A DNA stretch of 64,000 nt from an uncultured Acidobacteriota bacterium (GCA_963720545.1 OY970399.1:1472001-1536000); one strand, 5' to 3'. Counted from the first letter of the stretch, positions 12,142 through 22,271 are shown. Numbers and translations are program-made. The notes: generated by a model from the sequence alone, not told the origin.

Positions 12142-12597
12142 ATGCGCCGGTTCCAGAGTCTTTCGAGGAACGGCGGAGGAGACAGGCTGCGCCCCGGTCG
12201 GTTGTTCGCGATCGGCGCGGCGCTGGTGTTCGCCTCCTGCGTCGCACGCGAAGAGCGCGTGTCCGGTGCGCCAATTTCAGCAACGCCCGCGCCTCCGGCG
12301 GCAGCCGTTCCTGCGGCAACCCCGGCGCCCGCTCCTGCCGCGCCCGCACCAGCGCCCGATCCCGTGGCAACGCCCGGACCCGCGGCAGCCGCGACCGACG
12401 ACGCTGCGTTCGCCGCGAACATCCAGCCAATCCTGTTCCGCACCTGCGCGCCGTGCCACAAGCCGGGCGGCATCATGTACGAGCGCATGCCGTTCGACGA
12501 CCCGCGCGTCATCCGCGAACACCGCGCGGGCGTGCTGCGGCGGTTGAAGGGGCCCGATCACGACGCGGTCGCCGCGTGGCTCGGCGCCGGCCAGTGA
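12142..12597 (+). CDS. putative lipoprotein with Ala/Pro linker and monoheme c-type domain
   Basis: Hydrophobic stretch ending VFASC (lipobox-like), low-complexity A/P linker, CAPCH heme motif; start uncertain. Confidence 0.6.
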   Translation: MRRFQSLSRNGGGDRLRPGRLFAIGAALVFASCVAREERVSGAPISATPAPPAAAVPAATPAPAPAAPAPAPDPVATPGPAAAATDDAAFAANIQPILFRTCAPCHKPGGIMYERMPFDDPRVIREHRAGVLRRLKGPDHDAVAAWLGAGQ

Positions 12598-12607
12598 CGC
12601 GGTACCG

Positions 12608-13336
12608 CTAGGCCGAGCGCACCTCGAGCGACGAGCGGCGCGCGGCGGCGAAGCGGAAGAATGCCTCGAGCACGGGCCGGCCGTTGCCCGAATCGAGCAC
12701 GGCTTCGGCGGCGCGTTCGGGATGCGGCATCAGCGCCACCACGTTGCGTTCGGCATTGCAGACGCCGGCGATGGCGCGCGCCGAGCCGTTCGGGTTGCCC
12801 GCCTCGATGGCGGAGCCGTCGGCCGCGACGTAGCGAAACACCACCTGCCCGTTCGCTTCCAGCCGGTCGAGCTCGTCGTCGGCCGCGTAGAAGTTGCCCT
12901 CGCCGTGGGCGATCGGAAATGCGTGCAGCGAGCCGTGCGCGAGGCCGTGGGTGGCAGCCGAATCGGTGGTCTCGACGCGCACGTGCACCAGCTGCGACAG
13001 GAACCTGAGGTTGGCGTTTCTCAGCATGGTGCCGGGCACGAGCCCCGCTTCCTGCAGGATCTGGAAGCCGTTGCAGATGCCGAGCACCGGGCCGCCCTGA
13101 GCCGCGAACGCCTGGACGGCGCTCATCACCGGGCTGAAGCGGGCAATGGCGCCGGCGCGCAGGTAGTCGCCATACGAGAACCCGCCGGGCACCAGCACCG
13201 CGTCGACGTCGCCGAGGGTCTCTTCCTTGTGCCAGACGTAGCGCGCGTCGGCGCCGAGCGCCGCGCCGGCTGCGTTGTACGAATCGTGGTCGCCGTTCGA
13301 CCCGGGGAAGACGATGACGCCGACGCGCAGGCTCAC
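12608..13336 (-). CDS. purQ: phosphoribosylformylglycinamidine synthase subunit PurQ
   Basis: FPGSN, PGGFSYGDYLR, GICNGFQIL, AHGEG, NPNGS, MPHPER. Confidence 0.97.
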   Translation of the reverse strand: MSLRVGVIVFPGSNGDHDSYNAAGAALGADARYVWHKEETLGDVDAVLVPGGFSYGDYLRAGAIARFSPVMSAVQAFAAQGGPVLGICNGFQILQEAGLVPGTMLRNANLRFLSQLVHVRVETTDSAATHGLAHGSLHAFPIAHGEGNFYAADDELDRLEANGQVVFRYVAADGSAIEAGNPNGSARAIAGVCNAERNVVALMPHPERAAEAVLDSGNGRPVLEAFFRFAAARRSSLEVRSA

Positions 13337-13575
13337 CGGCGGATCTCCACCTCGAACGACTCGATCACCGGGTTCGCGAGCACGCGCCGCGCCACCTCGT
13401 CGAGCGTCGCCTGTGCCTGCCCCTCGTCCACGCCTTCGAGGCTCACGTCGAAGAACTTGCCCTGGCGCACGTCCGCGACGGCTGCATAGCCGAGCGACGC
13501 AAGCGCGTCATGCACCGCCTTGCCCTGCGGATCGAACACCGATTTCTTGAGCGAGACATAGACACGCGCCTTCAT
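13333..13575 (-). CDS. purS: phosphoribosylformylglycinamidine synthase subunit PurS
   Basis: 80 aa; DPQG, VRQGK, LANPVIE; directly upstream of purQ. Confidence 0.95.
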   Translation of the reverse strand: MKARVYVSLKKSVFDPQGKAVHDALASLGYAAVADVRQGKFFDVSLEGVDEGQAQATLDEVARRVLANPVIESFEVEIRR

Positions 13576-14612
13576 GCGCCGGCCTCCGGGGGTGGGATGC
13601 GGGTCGCGATCACGATGCCCGCCGCGACGAAAAGACGATAGACCTGTTCGTGAACGGCATCCAGCGCCAGCGACTGCGCGGCATAGTCGTCGGCCAGGAA
13701 TGAAAGCCGCAGCAAGACGCCGTAGTCACCGAACTGGCGTATGACCGCCACCGGCGGCTGGCGTGTGTCCACGTGCGGCGCCGCCTGCGCCGCCTGCACC
13801 ATCAGCTGGCGCGCGCGCGCCAGGTCGGTGCCGTAGGCGACCGTGACGTCGAGCCTGCTCGCCAGCTGGCGGCCGGGGCGGGTGACGTTCACCACCCGGT
13901 CCTTGACCAGCATGCTGTTCGGCATCACCAGCAGCGTCTCGTCCGTGGTGCGGATACGGGTGGCGCGGATGCCGATGGTCTCGACGTCGCCGACCTCGCC
14001 GCTCGCGAGCTGGATGCGGTCGCCGATGACGAACGGCCGGTCGAGCATCAGCGCGAACCCCGCGAACATGTTGGAGAGCGTGTCCTGCGCGGCCAGGCCG
14101 ATCGCGAGCGAGCCGACGCCGAGCGACACCACCAGCGACTGGGCGTCGAGGCCGAAGTGGTCGAAGGAGATGATCACCGCCACCGCCGCGATGAACAGCT
14201 TGCCGAGCTTGGAGAAAAGCGGCCCGAACTCGCGGGCGATGCCGTCATGCGCGAGCCGCGACTCGCGCGTGTACCACTGCACCAGGATGCCGAAGGCGCG
14301 CCCCAGGCTGACCGCGAGCAGCAGCACTCCCCAGACGAACAGCCCGCCGTCGAGCCGTGACTTCCAGGTTTCGTGTATCGGCAGCCGGTGGATGGCCGTG
14401 TACGCGCCGAGCAGCACCAGCGCCCAGGCGACCGGCGGCCGCAGCGCGCGCACCAGCTTGTCGTCCACCGTGGTGGCGGTCTTCCTGGCGATGCCGCTGA
14501 CGATGCGCTCGAAGACCAGGGTCAGCACGCGCGCCGCCAGCACCGCAGCGGCCAGGATTGCCAGGCTGACGAGAACCTCGAACGCGACCGGATGCTGCTG
14601 CGGCCAGTTCAC
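13572..14612 (-). CDS. small-conductance mechanosensitive channel (MscS family)
   Basis: TM helices, GLAAQDTLSNMFAG, RPF.IGD.I, G.V..IG.RAT, PNS; GTGA overlap with purB stop. Confidence 0.9.
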   Translation of the reverse strand: MNWPQQHPVAFEVLVSLAILAAAVLAARVLTLVFERIVSGIARKTATTVDDKLVRALRPPVAWALVLLGAYTAIHRLPIHETWKSRLDGGLFVWGVLLLAVSLGRAFGILVQWYTRESRLAHDGIAREFGPLFSKLGKLFIAAVAVIISFDHFGLDAQSLVVSLGVGSLAIGLAAQDTLSNMFAGFALMLDRPFVIGDRIQLASGEVGDVETIGIRATRIRTTDETLLVMPNSMLVKDRVVNVTRPGRQLASRLDVTVAYGTDLARARQLMVQAAQAAPHVDTRQPPVAVIRQFGDYGVLLRLSFLADDYAAQSLALDAVHEQVYRLFVAAGIVIATRIPPPEAGA

Positions 14613-15901
14613 CGGAACACGCGCGCGAACAGCACGTCGACGTGCTTCAGGTAGCGGTCGAGGCGGAACACGTCGGCGAGCTCCTCCGCCGACATCACCG
14701 CGCGCACCTGCGCGTCGCCGGCAACCGCCGCGCGGAAGTCGCCGTCCTGCTTCCAGGCGGTCATCGCGTGGTTCTGCACGATCTTGTAGGCGTCTTCGCG
14801 CTTCAGGCCGCGCGCGGTCAGCTCGAGCAGCAGCTGGCCCGAGAACATCAGCCCCTGCGTCGACTCGAGGTTTTTCAGCATGCGCTGCTGGTCCACGGTC
14901 ATGCCGCGCACGATCTCGGTGAAGCGCCGCAGCATGTGGTCGAGCGCCAGGAAGCTGTCGGGGATGATGATCCGCTCCACCGACGAGTGCGAGATGTCGC
15001 GCTCGTGCCACAGCGCCACGTTCTCGAGCGCCGCGAGCGCGTTGCTGCGCACCAGGCGTGCGAGCCCGGCGATCTGCTCGCAGCCGACCGGGTTGCGCTT
15101 GTGCGGCATCGCCGAGCTGCCCTTCTGCTTGCTGCCGAACGGCTCCTCGACCTCGCGCACCTCGGTCTTCTGCAGCGCGCGAATCTCGGTCGCGAACTTC
15201 TCGAGGCTGGCCGCGGTGAGCGCCAGCGCCATCATCACTTCGGCGTGGCGGTCGCGCTGCAGGATCTGCGAGGCGATCGGCGCGAAGGTGAGGCCGAGCT
15301 TCGCGCACACCTCCTCCTCGACGTCCGGCGCCAGGTGCGAGAAGGTGCCGACGGCGCCCGAGAGCTTGCCGAAGGCGATGTTCTCGCGGGCGCGCACCAC
15401 GCGCGCCAGGTCGCGGTTGATCTCGGCGTACCAGAGCGCCAGCTTCAAGCCGAAGGTCATCGGCTCGGCGTGGATGCCGTGGGTGCGGCCGATCATCGGC
15501 GTGTCCTTGAACTCGAACGCGCGCGCCTTGACCGCCTCGACCAGGTTGCGCAGGTCGGTGAGGATGATGTCGCAGGCGTCGCGCATCATCATGGCGAGCG
15601 CAGTGTCGACCACGTCCGACGAGGTCAGGCCGTAGTGGACGTAGCGGCCCTCGGGACCGATGTTCTCGGCGACGTTGGTGACGAAGGCGATGACGTCGTG
15701 CTGCACCTCCTTCTCGATCTCGTCGATGCGCGCGACGTCGAAGCGCGCCTTCTCGCGGATCGCGACCAGCGCCTCGCGCGGCACGATGCCGCGGCTGGTG
15801 AGCACGTCGGTGGCGGCGATCTCGACCTTGAGCCAGGTCGCGTAGCGGTTTTCGTCGGACCAGATGCCGGCCATTTCGGGGCGCGAGTAGCGGGGAATCA
15901 T
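14609..15901 (-). CDS. purB: adenylosuccinate lyase
   Basis: MIPRYSRPEM, HYGLTSSD, GRTHGIHAEP, GSSAMPHKRNP, ERDISHSSVER. Confidence 0.97.
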   Translation of the reverse strand: MIPRYSRPEMAGIWSDENRYATWLKVEIAATDVLTSRGIVPREALVAIREKARFDVARIDEIEKEVQHDVIAFVTNVAENIGPEGRYVHYGLTSSDVVDTALAMMMRDACDIILTDLRNLVEAVKARAFEFKDTPMIGRTHGIHAEPMTFGLKLALWYAEINRDLARVVRARENIAFGKLSGAVGTFSHLAPDVEEEVCAKLGLTFAPIASQILQRDRHAEVMMALALTAASLEKFATEIRALQKTEVREVEEPFGSKQKGSSAMPHKRNPVGCEQIAGLARLVRSNALAALENVALWHERDISHSSVERIIIPDSFLALDHMLRRFTEIVRGMTVDQQRMLKNLESTQGLMFSGQLLLELTARGLKREDAYKIVQNHAMTAWKQDGDFRAAVAGDAQVRAVMSAEELADVFRLDRYLKHVDVLFARVFR

Positions 15902-15914
15902 CGCGGCGATTCTC

Positions 15915-16655
15915 TCAAACTCCCTTCAGCAGCGCGATGTACTCCCTGACCACCGGTTGCAACCCGTGGAAGAGGGCGCGGCTCATCAGCGCGTGGCCGA
16001 TCGACACCTCGTCTAGGTGCGGCAGGTAGCGGAACAGGAACAGGTTGTCGAGGTCGAGGTCGTGGCCGGCGTTCACGCCCATGCCGAGTTCGTGCGCCAG
16101 GGTCGCGGCCGCCACGTAACCGGCGAACGCGCGGCGAGCGGCGCCCTGGCCCGCCGCGTGAGCGCGCGCGTAAGGCTCGGTGTAGAGCTCGACGCGGTCG
16201 GCGCCCTGCGCATGGGCGAAGCGCACGGCCTCTTCGCTCGGCGCGACGAACAGGCTGACGCGCACCCCCGCGGCGCGCAGCGCCGCCACGCCCGCAGCCA
16301 GGTTCGGTGGCGCCAGCTGCGGGTTCCAGCCCTGGTGGCTCGTGACCTCGCCGGCGCTCACCGGCACCAGCGTGCACTGGTCGGGCTTGACCTCGTGCAC
16401 CAGCGCCAGCAGCGCATCGCGCGGGTCGCCTTCGATGTTGAGCTCGACGCGGCTGCGCCACGGCAGCAGCTCCGCGGCGATCTCGCGCACGTCGGCGGCG
16501 CGGATGTGGCGCTCGTCGCCGCGCGGGTGCACGGTTATCCCCGGAGCGCCCGCCTGCAGGCAGGCGCGCACCGCCTCCAGCACCGAGGGCACGGCACCGC
16601 CGCGCGAGTTGCGCAGCGTCGCCACCTTGTTGACGTTGACGCTCAGACGCACCAT
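15915..16655 (-). CDS. pdxJ: pyridoxine 5'-phosphate synthase
   Basis: LSVNVNKVATLRNSR, ITVHPR.DERHI, VNAGHDL, EVSIGHAL. Confidence 0.95.
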   Translation of the reverse strand: MVRLSVNVNKVATLRNSRGGAVPSVLEAVRACLQAGAPGITVHPRGDERHIRAADVREIAAELLPWRSRVELNIEGDPRDALLALVHEVKPDQCTLVPVSAGEVTSHQGWNPQLAPPNLAAGVAALRAAGVRVSLFVAPSEEAVRFAHAQGADRVELYTEPYARAHAAGQGAARRAFAGYVAAATLAHELGMGVNAGHDLDLDNLFLFRYLPHLDEVSIGHALMSRALFHGLQPVVREYIALLKGV

Positions 16656-16670
16656 GCCGCGCGGACGCTC

Positions 16671-17492
16671 CTAGAAAAGGCGCAGCTGGGCGTGCCGTGG
16701 CGAAGGCGCGCTGCGCGCCACGGCCAGTTCGATCCAGCCGGTGCCTTCGGGGGCGCAGGTCTCGACCGCGACCGCGCCGCGGCCGGCGCGCACCAGCGCC
16801 GACACCGCCGAACGCAGTGCCAGCGTCGGCAGGTTGTTGTGCTGCGAGAGGTGCGCGAGCACCAGGTGCTGCGCGTGGCGGCCAAGCGATGCCGTGAGAT
16901 AGCGCGCCACCGCTGCGTTCGAGACGTGCCCGATCGGTCCGCGGATCCGTTCCTTCAGCGCCCATGGGTACGAGCCGCCGTCGAGCATGCCTGCGTCGTA
17001 GTTCGATTCCATCAGGACCGCGGTGCAGTCGGCGAAGGCCGCGGCGAGCCGCGGTGTGACGTGGCCGAAGTCGGTGGCGTGCCCGAGACTGTGGCCGCCG
17101 CAGGAGACGACGAAGGCCACCGGCTCGGCGGCGTCGTGCGGCACTGCGACCGCCTCCACCTCGAGATTGCCGATGTAGCGCGGCTTGCCCGCCGCCAGCA
17201 CGTCATAGCCTGCGATCGCCGCGGCACCGAGGCCGGCGGCGGCATATGTCCCGCGCGTGCCGGCGATCCGAGCACCCCACTTCGCCGAGAAGGACGCGGC
17301 GCCGCGCACGTGGTCGACGTGCTCGTGCGACACCAGGATCGCCTCGATCGACGCGGGGTCGATGCCCACGGCGAGAAGCCGCAGCGCCAGCGTGCGCGGC
17401 CCGAGGCCCGCGTCGATCAGGAGCCGCGTGCCGCCCGCTTCCACGACCGTGGCGTTGCCGGTGCTGCCCGAACCGAGGACGCGGAAGCGCAT
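16671..17492 (-). CDS. MBL-fold metallo-hydrolase (YycJ/WalJ-like)
   Basis: LGSGSTGN, LIDAG, SHEHVDH, HDAAEP, ESNYD, YPW.LK.RI, GH.SN, HLS..NN. Confidence 0.85.
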   Translation of the reverse strand: MRFRVLGSGSTGNATVVEAGGTRLLIDAGLGPRTLALRLLAVGIDPASIEAILVSHEHVDHVRGAASFSAKWGARIAGTRGTYAAAGLGAAAIAGYDVLAAGKPRYIGNLEVEAVAVPHDAAEPVAFVVSCGGHSLGHATDFGHVTPRLAAAFADCTAVLMESNYDAGMLDGGSYPWALKERIRGPIGHVSNAAVARYLTASLGRHAQHLVLAHLSQHNNLPTLALRSAVSALVRAGRGAVAVETCAPEGTGWIELAVARSAPSPRHAQLRLF

Positions 17493-17493
17493 G

Positions 17494-18750
17494 CTAGTGC
17501 CGCAGCCAGGACGCCTTCGGCTTCCAGCGCTTGAGGTTGCCGACGACAGTCGCGGCCGGCGGCCGGGCGAACAGCTCGTTCGCGACGCGCGCGATGTCGG
17601 CCTCGCCCACCGCTTCGATGCCGGAAAGCACCTCGTCGAGGCTGAGCTGGCGGCCGTGATAGATCTCCTGGCGCGCCAGCTGGCTCATGCGGCTGCCGGT
17701 GCTCTCGAGCGAGAGCATGATGCTGCCCTTCAGCTGGTCCTTGGCGCGGCGCAGCTCCGCCGCCGGCACCGGCTCCTCGCGCAGGCGCCGCAGTTCGAGG
17801 AGGGTCAGCTGCACCACCTGCTCGAGGCTCGCGAGGCTGGTGCCGGCGTAGATCGTGAGCTGGCCGGCATCGGCGTACGACGCGACGCCCGATGAGATCG
17901 AATAGACGAGGCCGCGCTTCTCGCGCACGTTCTGGAACAGCCGCGACGACATCGAGCCGCCGAGGATGTTGTTGAGCACGTACACGACGTAGCGGTCGGG
18001 ATGGCTGTAGGAATAGGACGGCGTGCCGAGGCAGAGGTGCACCTGCTCCAGTTCCTTCTTGGAGCGCGTCACCACCCGCGTCGCCACCGCCGGCGGGCCG
18101 CCGTTCACCGCCGTTGCGCCGCGCTCGAGCGGCCCGAAGTGCCGCCGCACCAGCGCCGCGGTCGCTTCGTGGTCGAGATGGCCGGCCGCGGAGATCACCA
18201 GGTTCTCGGGGCGGTAGGTTTCGCGGAAAAACCGCTCGAGGTGATGGCGCTTGAACTTCCCGACGCTGGTGCGGGTGCCGAGGATGGGCCGGCCAAGCGG
18301 GTGCCGCGGCCAGAAGCTCTGCGTGAACAACTCCATCACGAGGTCGTCGGGGGTGTCCTCGACCATCCCCATCTCCTCGAAGATGACCTTCTTCTCCTTG
18401 CCCATCTCGACAGGATCGAAGAGCGGATTGCGGACGATGTCGCCGAGGATGTCGGCCGCCAGCGGCAGGTGCTCGTCCAGCACCTTCAGGTGAAAGGCCG
18501 CGTACTCCTTCGAGGTGAAGGCGTCCATGTTGCCGCCGATGGCGTCGACTTCGGAAGCGATCGCCTCGGCCGAGCGGTTGGTGGTGCCCTTGAAGACCAT
18601 GTGCTCGATGAAATGCGCGATGCCGGACTGGGCGGCCGATTCGTGGCGGCTGCCGCGCTTCAGCCAGACGCCGACCGCGACCGAGCGCACGTGCGGCATG
18701 CGCTCGGTGAGCAGCGTCAGGCCGTTGTCGAGGGTTTCCCGGACGATCAT
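17494..18750 (-). CDS. M16B zinc peptidase (pitrilysin family)
   Basis: LDNGL start, HFIEH inverted Zn motif, SSRLFQ.VREKRGLVY. Confidence 0.92.
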   Translation of the reverse strand: MIVRETLDNGLTLLTERMPHVRSVAVGVWLKRGSRHESAAQSGIAHFIEHMVFKGTTNRSAEAIASEVDAIGGNMDAFTSKEYAAFHLKVLDEHLPLAADILGDIVRNPLFDPVEMGKEKKVIFEEMGMVEDTPDDLVMELFTQSFWPRHPLGRPILGTRTSVGKFKRHHLERFFRETYRPENLVISAAGHLDHEATAALVRRHFGPLERGATAVNGGPPAVATRVVTRSKKELEQVHLCLGTPSYSYSHPDRYVVYVLNNILGGSMSSRLFQNVREKRGLVYSISSGVASYADAGQLTIYAGTSLASLEQVVQLTLLELRRLREEPVPAAELRRAKDQLKGSIMLSLESTGSRMSQLARQEIYHGRQLSLDEVLSGIEAVGEADIARVANELFARPPAATVVGNLKRWKPKASWLRH

Positions 18751-18853
18751 CGGGATGGCTTTTGCAAAGTGCGCTCGAAGGTAACACGCGCCGCGCACCG
18801 CCGCCAGCAGCGACTGTTGTCGGCGCCTCAGCGGCATGCAAAGATCCGCTGCC

Positions 18854-19711
18854 ATGAAGGCCATTGCCTTGACCGTTGCCCTGCTTTTGCCCGCCGCGCC
18901 GGCGCTCGCGCAAAGCGAAGCCGCGCTCAGGGACGCCTTCGAGGGCCGCACTGTGGTGCTGAGGATCGCGATGCCCGGGACCGCGGCGGGCGTGGACGTC
19001 TGGCCGGACGAACCGCGCGCCATCGAGTTCAGCAAGCACGGTGAGCGCCTCAAGCAGTACGGCACGGCACTGAGCGCCGGACAGAGCGCGATGGTCACCA
19101 AGGTCAAGGTGAAGGACAAGTTGATCGAGTTCCAGCTGGACGGCGGCGGCTACGGCACCTTCGGCGACGACACCAGCACCTCGAGCTACGTCCCGTCTAC
19201 CGGCAAGTCGCGCCGCGAGGAAGACCTCGACCGCGAGATCAAGCGCGAGACCGACCGCGACCGCAGGCGCTCGCTGGAGCGCGAACGCGACCGGTTGCGC
19301 GACGACCGCAACCGCCGCGACGCCGAGAACCGCAACATCGCCGAGGCCAACTCGGCCATCAAGTCCGCGGCGGTCGCCGACAAGCGGCTGCGCGGCGGCA
19401 GCCGCTTCAACATCAACTACCGGCTCGGCACGCCGGACGCAGCGCTCTACCCGCAGGCGGTGATCGAAGCGCTCGCGCAGTTCGTCGACTTCGGCCCGGG
19501 CACGCCGGGCGGGGGCAACGGCGCACGGCCGTCAGGGGAAGGCGGCCGCGCGGACAAAGCGGACCTGAAACCCGGCATGACGCCGCTCGAGGTGATGGAC
19601 ACGCTCGGCAAGCCCGATCGCGAAGTCGCGTTCGGCAACACCGTGAAGTGGACCTACCCCGACCTCACGGTGATCTTCGAGAACGGCCGGCTCAAGGAAG
19701 TGAAGTTCTAG
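18854..19711 (+). CDS. secreted hypothetical protein with charged coiled-coil and C-terminal SmpA/BamE-like domain
   Basis: Signal peptide ending ALA-Q; R/D/E-rich helix; LKPGMT..EV...LG.P..W.Y....F.NG.L tail. Confidence 0.65.
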   Translation: MKAIALTVALLLPAAPALAQSEAALRDAFEGRTVVLRIAMPGTAAGVDVWPDEPRAIEFSKHGERLKQYGTALSAGQSAMVTKVKVKDKLIEFQLDGGGYGTFGDDTSTSSYVPSTGKSRREEDLDREIKRETDRDRRRSLERERDRLRDDRNRRDAENRNIAEANSAIKSAAVADKRLRGGSRFNINYRLGTPDAALYPQAVIEALAQFVDFGPGTPGGGNGARPSGEGGRADKADLKPGMTPLEVMDTLGKPDREVAFGNTVKWTYPDLTVIFENGRLKEVKF

Positions 19712-20672
19712 TTTCCGGCAGCACGTCCTCGACCGCTTTCAGGATCGCGCGCCCGGCAATGCGGTGCGCCACCTCGTTCGGGTGCTCGTCGGCGACACCG
19801 TCCACCACCAGCAGGTCCCAGCGCAGCCCGCGGTAGGCCGGCAGCAGGTCGAGGACGCTGGCGCCGGCCGCCGCCGCCGCCGCCGCCACCCTGGCGTGCA
19901 GCGCGTCGAACGGGTAGCGGTCGTCGAGCGGCCCGCCGAAGAGCGGAAAGATCGCGACCACGAACGGCACGCCGCGCCGCCGGCACTCGCCGCCGATCTC
20001 CTGCAGCGCCTTCTGCGCGCCGCGCCATCCCGGCGCGGCGTCGCGATAAAGCGAGAGGTAGTTGGCGACGCGCTGCCGGCTCTCGCGCGTCGCGCGCAGC
20101 CGCTGCAGCACCAGTGAAATGACGGCCGAGCGTTCGAAAAAGCCCCGCGGCGCCGCCGCGCGCTGCTCCGCCAGCCAGCGCTGGGCGCGGCGCGACTCGG
20201 CGTCGTGACCGTCTTCGCTGTCGTTGAGGACGTACGCGAGCACGACCACGTCCGGCTGGTAGCGAAAGCCTTCGGTGAGCAGCGCGTTCTGCTCGTCGCG
20301 CGTGCCGAACCCCGGCTGCGACAGGTTGACGACCTCGTAGTCGCCGCCGCGTTCGCGGCGCAGGGCGCGCTCGAGGTGCTCGGCCCAGGTGTCGTCCCAC
20401 TCGACGCCCGCCCCCCAGGTGAAGGAGTCGCCGAGCACGACGATGCGCGTGGTTCCCGCCGGCTTCGCGAGCGCATGATCAAGATCGCGGTAGCCGGCGG
20501 CATTGACCGGTCCGCGGGCGCGGCGGCTGGTGTCGGTGTTCACCCGCGGATAGCCGCTGGGACTGCGCGCCGCCGCGCCGCTGACGCGCACACCCGTCTC
20601 GAGGAGGACGAACCCCGCCAGGAGGCCCGCTGCGGCCAGGCAGAGCTCCCCGGTCTTGGCGCCCACCAACAC
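19692..20672 (-). CDS. SGNH/GDSL hydrolase family protein, N-terminally anchored
   Basis: N..GYRD, LGDSFTWG block I, LND, DEHPN block V. Confidence 0.85.
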   Translation of the reverse strand: MLVGAKTGELCLAAAGLLAGFVLLETGVRVSGAAARSPSGYPRVNTDTSRRARGPVNAAGYRDLDHALAKPAGTTRIVVLGDSFTWGAGVEWDDTWAEHLERALRRERGGDYEVVNLSQPGFGTRDEQNALLTEGFRYQPDVVVLAYVLNDSEDGHDAESRRAQRWLAEQRAAAPRGFFERSAVISLVLQRLRATRESRQRVANYLSLYRDAAPGWRGAQKALQEIGGECRRRGVPFVVAIFPLFGGPLDDRYPFDALHARVAAAAAAAGASVLDLLPAYRGLRWDLLVVDGVADEHPNEVAHRIAGRAILKAVEDVLPETRTSLP

Positions 20673-20768
20673 GCGGGGTCATCATATAAGGAGGATTGTT
20701 CCGGGGTATGCTGCCCCGGCCTGGCCCCCCGCACCTGTACTCATGGAACGTCCTTGCTCTTGCGCTCG

Positions 20769-22271
20769 ATGAACCTTCGGCCGGCGGCGGCCGGTCTCGT
20801 CTTATTGATGGGGTTCATGCCCCCGCTCGCCCATGCGCAGACGCCGGAGACGCCGCAGTATCCGCTGCCCAGCCAGGACGATTTCGACCCTCAGGGCCGC
20901 AACGGCACGGTCCTCGGCTCCGGCGCCCGGGCGCTCGGCATGGGCGGTGCGTTTTTGGCGCGCGCCGACGACGCGACTGCCGCGTCCTGGAACCCGGCTG
21001 GGCTGAGCTACCTGCGGCGCCCCGAGCTTTCGGTGGCCGGCGCGCACAGCTCGTTCGACCGTTTCGATGTCGGCCCGCGTCAGGACGACAGGAGCCGCGG
21101 CGCCTCACCGGACTTCGCCTCGCTCGCGTACCCGATCTCGTTCGGTTCCGCATCGGGCGCCGTTCAGGTGAGCTTCCAGCGCGCGGTCTCGCTCGACTTC
21201 ACCCGCTCGATCCAGCGCCCTGGCGTACCTCCCACGAACGAGACGCCCGTCATCCCGGCGCTCGACAGCCACTATCGCAGCGTCGGCGGGTTCGACACCT
21301 TGTCGCTCGGCACCGGGATCCGCGTGTCGTCGAAGGTGCGGCTCGGTTTCACCTACAACCGCTGGTTCAATCATTTCTCCCTCGAGACGGCGCGCGACCT
21401 GACACGCGGCGACGCGCTGGCGAATACCTCGGTGCAGTTCACCAAGCTGAGCCTCAAAGGCTGGAACGTGAACCTCGGCGCGATCTATTCGCCGATCGAG
21501 GCTGTCAACGTGGGCGCGGTGGTCAAGACTTCCTACAACGCGAGCGGCAAGCTGTTTCGTACGCGCCTCGATTCGGGTTTCGGCACCACCGGCGCCACCA
21601 CCCGCCAGACGAAGATTCGCCCGCTCGACGAGGAAACCCAGGCCGCGGACGACCCGCTCGCCGGACCGGTGCAGTTGCATTGGCCGTTGGCGGTCGGGCT
21701 CGGCGTGTCGTGGCGGCCCTACGGGCGGCTGACCGTCGCGCTCGACTTCACACGCACCTACTGGTCGGGGTCGGAGATCGACAACTACTTCCTGCTGCGG
21801 CGGGGAGGCGGCGACAACAACAACGAAGGCAACAATCCGAACGATCTCGACTACGGCCTGATCCGCGACCCGGTCACGGGCAAGCGCGGACTGCCACTCC
21901 CCTATCCCAACCTCGACCTCGTCGGCACCTCGCTGCAGCAGGATTCGCAGCAGCTGCGGGCGGGCATCGAGTACGTCTTCCTCGTGGGCCAACTGCGCCT
22001 GCCGCTGCGCGCCGGCTACTTCAGGGACGGACAGAATTTTCCCGCAACGGTGATCCGCAACGACGACGCCAACCGCTCGGTGCGCTCGTTCACCGAGGCG
22101 CCAACCTTCAGCGGCGTCACCTTCGGGTTCGGCGTGGTTGCCGGCAACACGCTGTTCGACGTGGCCCACATCTACGAGGAGGGCCGCCATATCGGCAACT
22201 CCGGCGCCGTCCGCACCGGCTCGCACCGTACGCTCGTGTCGGTGATCTTCCGGTTCGGTACGCCAAGATGA
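20769..22271 (+). CDS. FadL/OmpP1-like outer-membrane beta-barrel
   Basis: Signal peptide; GARALGMGGAF.A.ADDATA..WNPAGL hatch motif; amphipathic strands; start uncertain (20769 or 20808). Confidence 0.8.
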   Translation: MNLRPAAAGLVLLMGFMPPLAHAQTPETPQYPLPSQDDFDPQGRNGTVLGSGARALGMGGAFLARADDATAASWNPAGLSYLRRPELSVAGAHSSFDRFDVGPRQDDRSRGASPDFASLAYPISFGSASGAVQVSFQRAVSLDFTRSIQRPGVPPTNETPVIPALDSHYRSVGGFDTLSLGTGIRVSSKVRLGFTYNRWFNHFSLETARDLTRGDALANTSVQFTKLSLKGWNVNLGAIYSPIEAVNVGAVVKTSYNASGKLFRTRLDSGFGTTGATTRQTKIRPLDEETQAADDPLAGPVQLHWPLAVGLGVSWRPYGRLTVALDFTRTYWSGSEIDNYFLLRRGGGDNNNEGNNPNDLDYGLIRDPVTGKRGLPLPYPNLDLVGTSLQQDSQQLRAGIEYVFLVGQLRLPLRAGYFRDGQNFPATVIRNDDANRSVRSFTEAPTFSGVTFGFGVVAGNTLFDVAHIYEEGRHIGNSGAVRTGSHRTLVSVIFRFGTPR

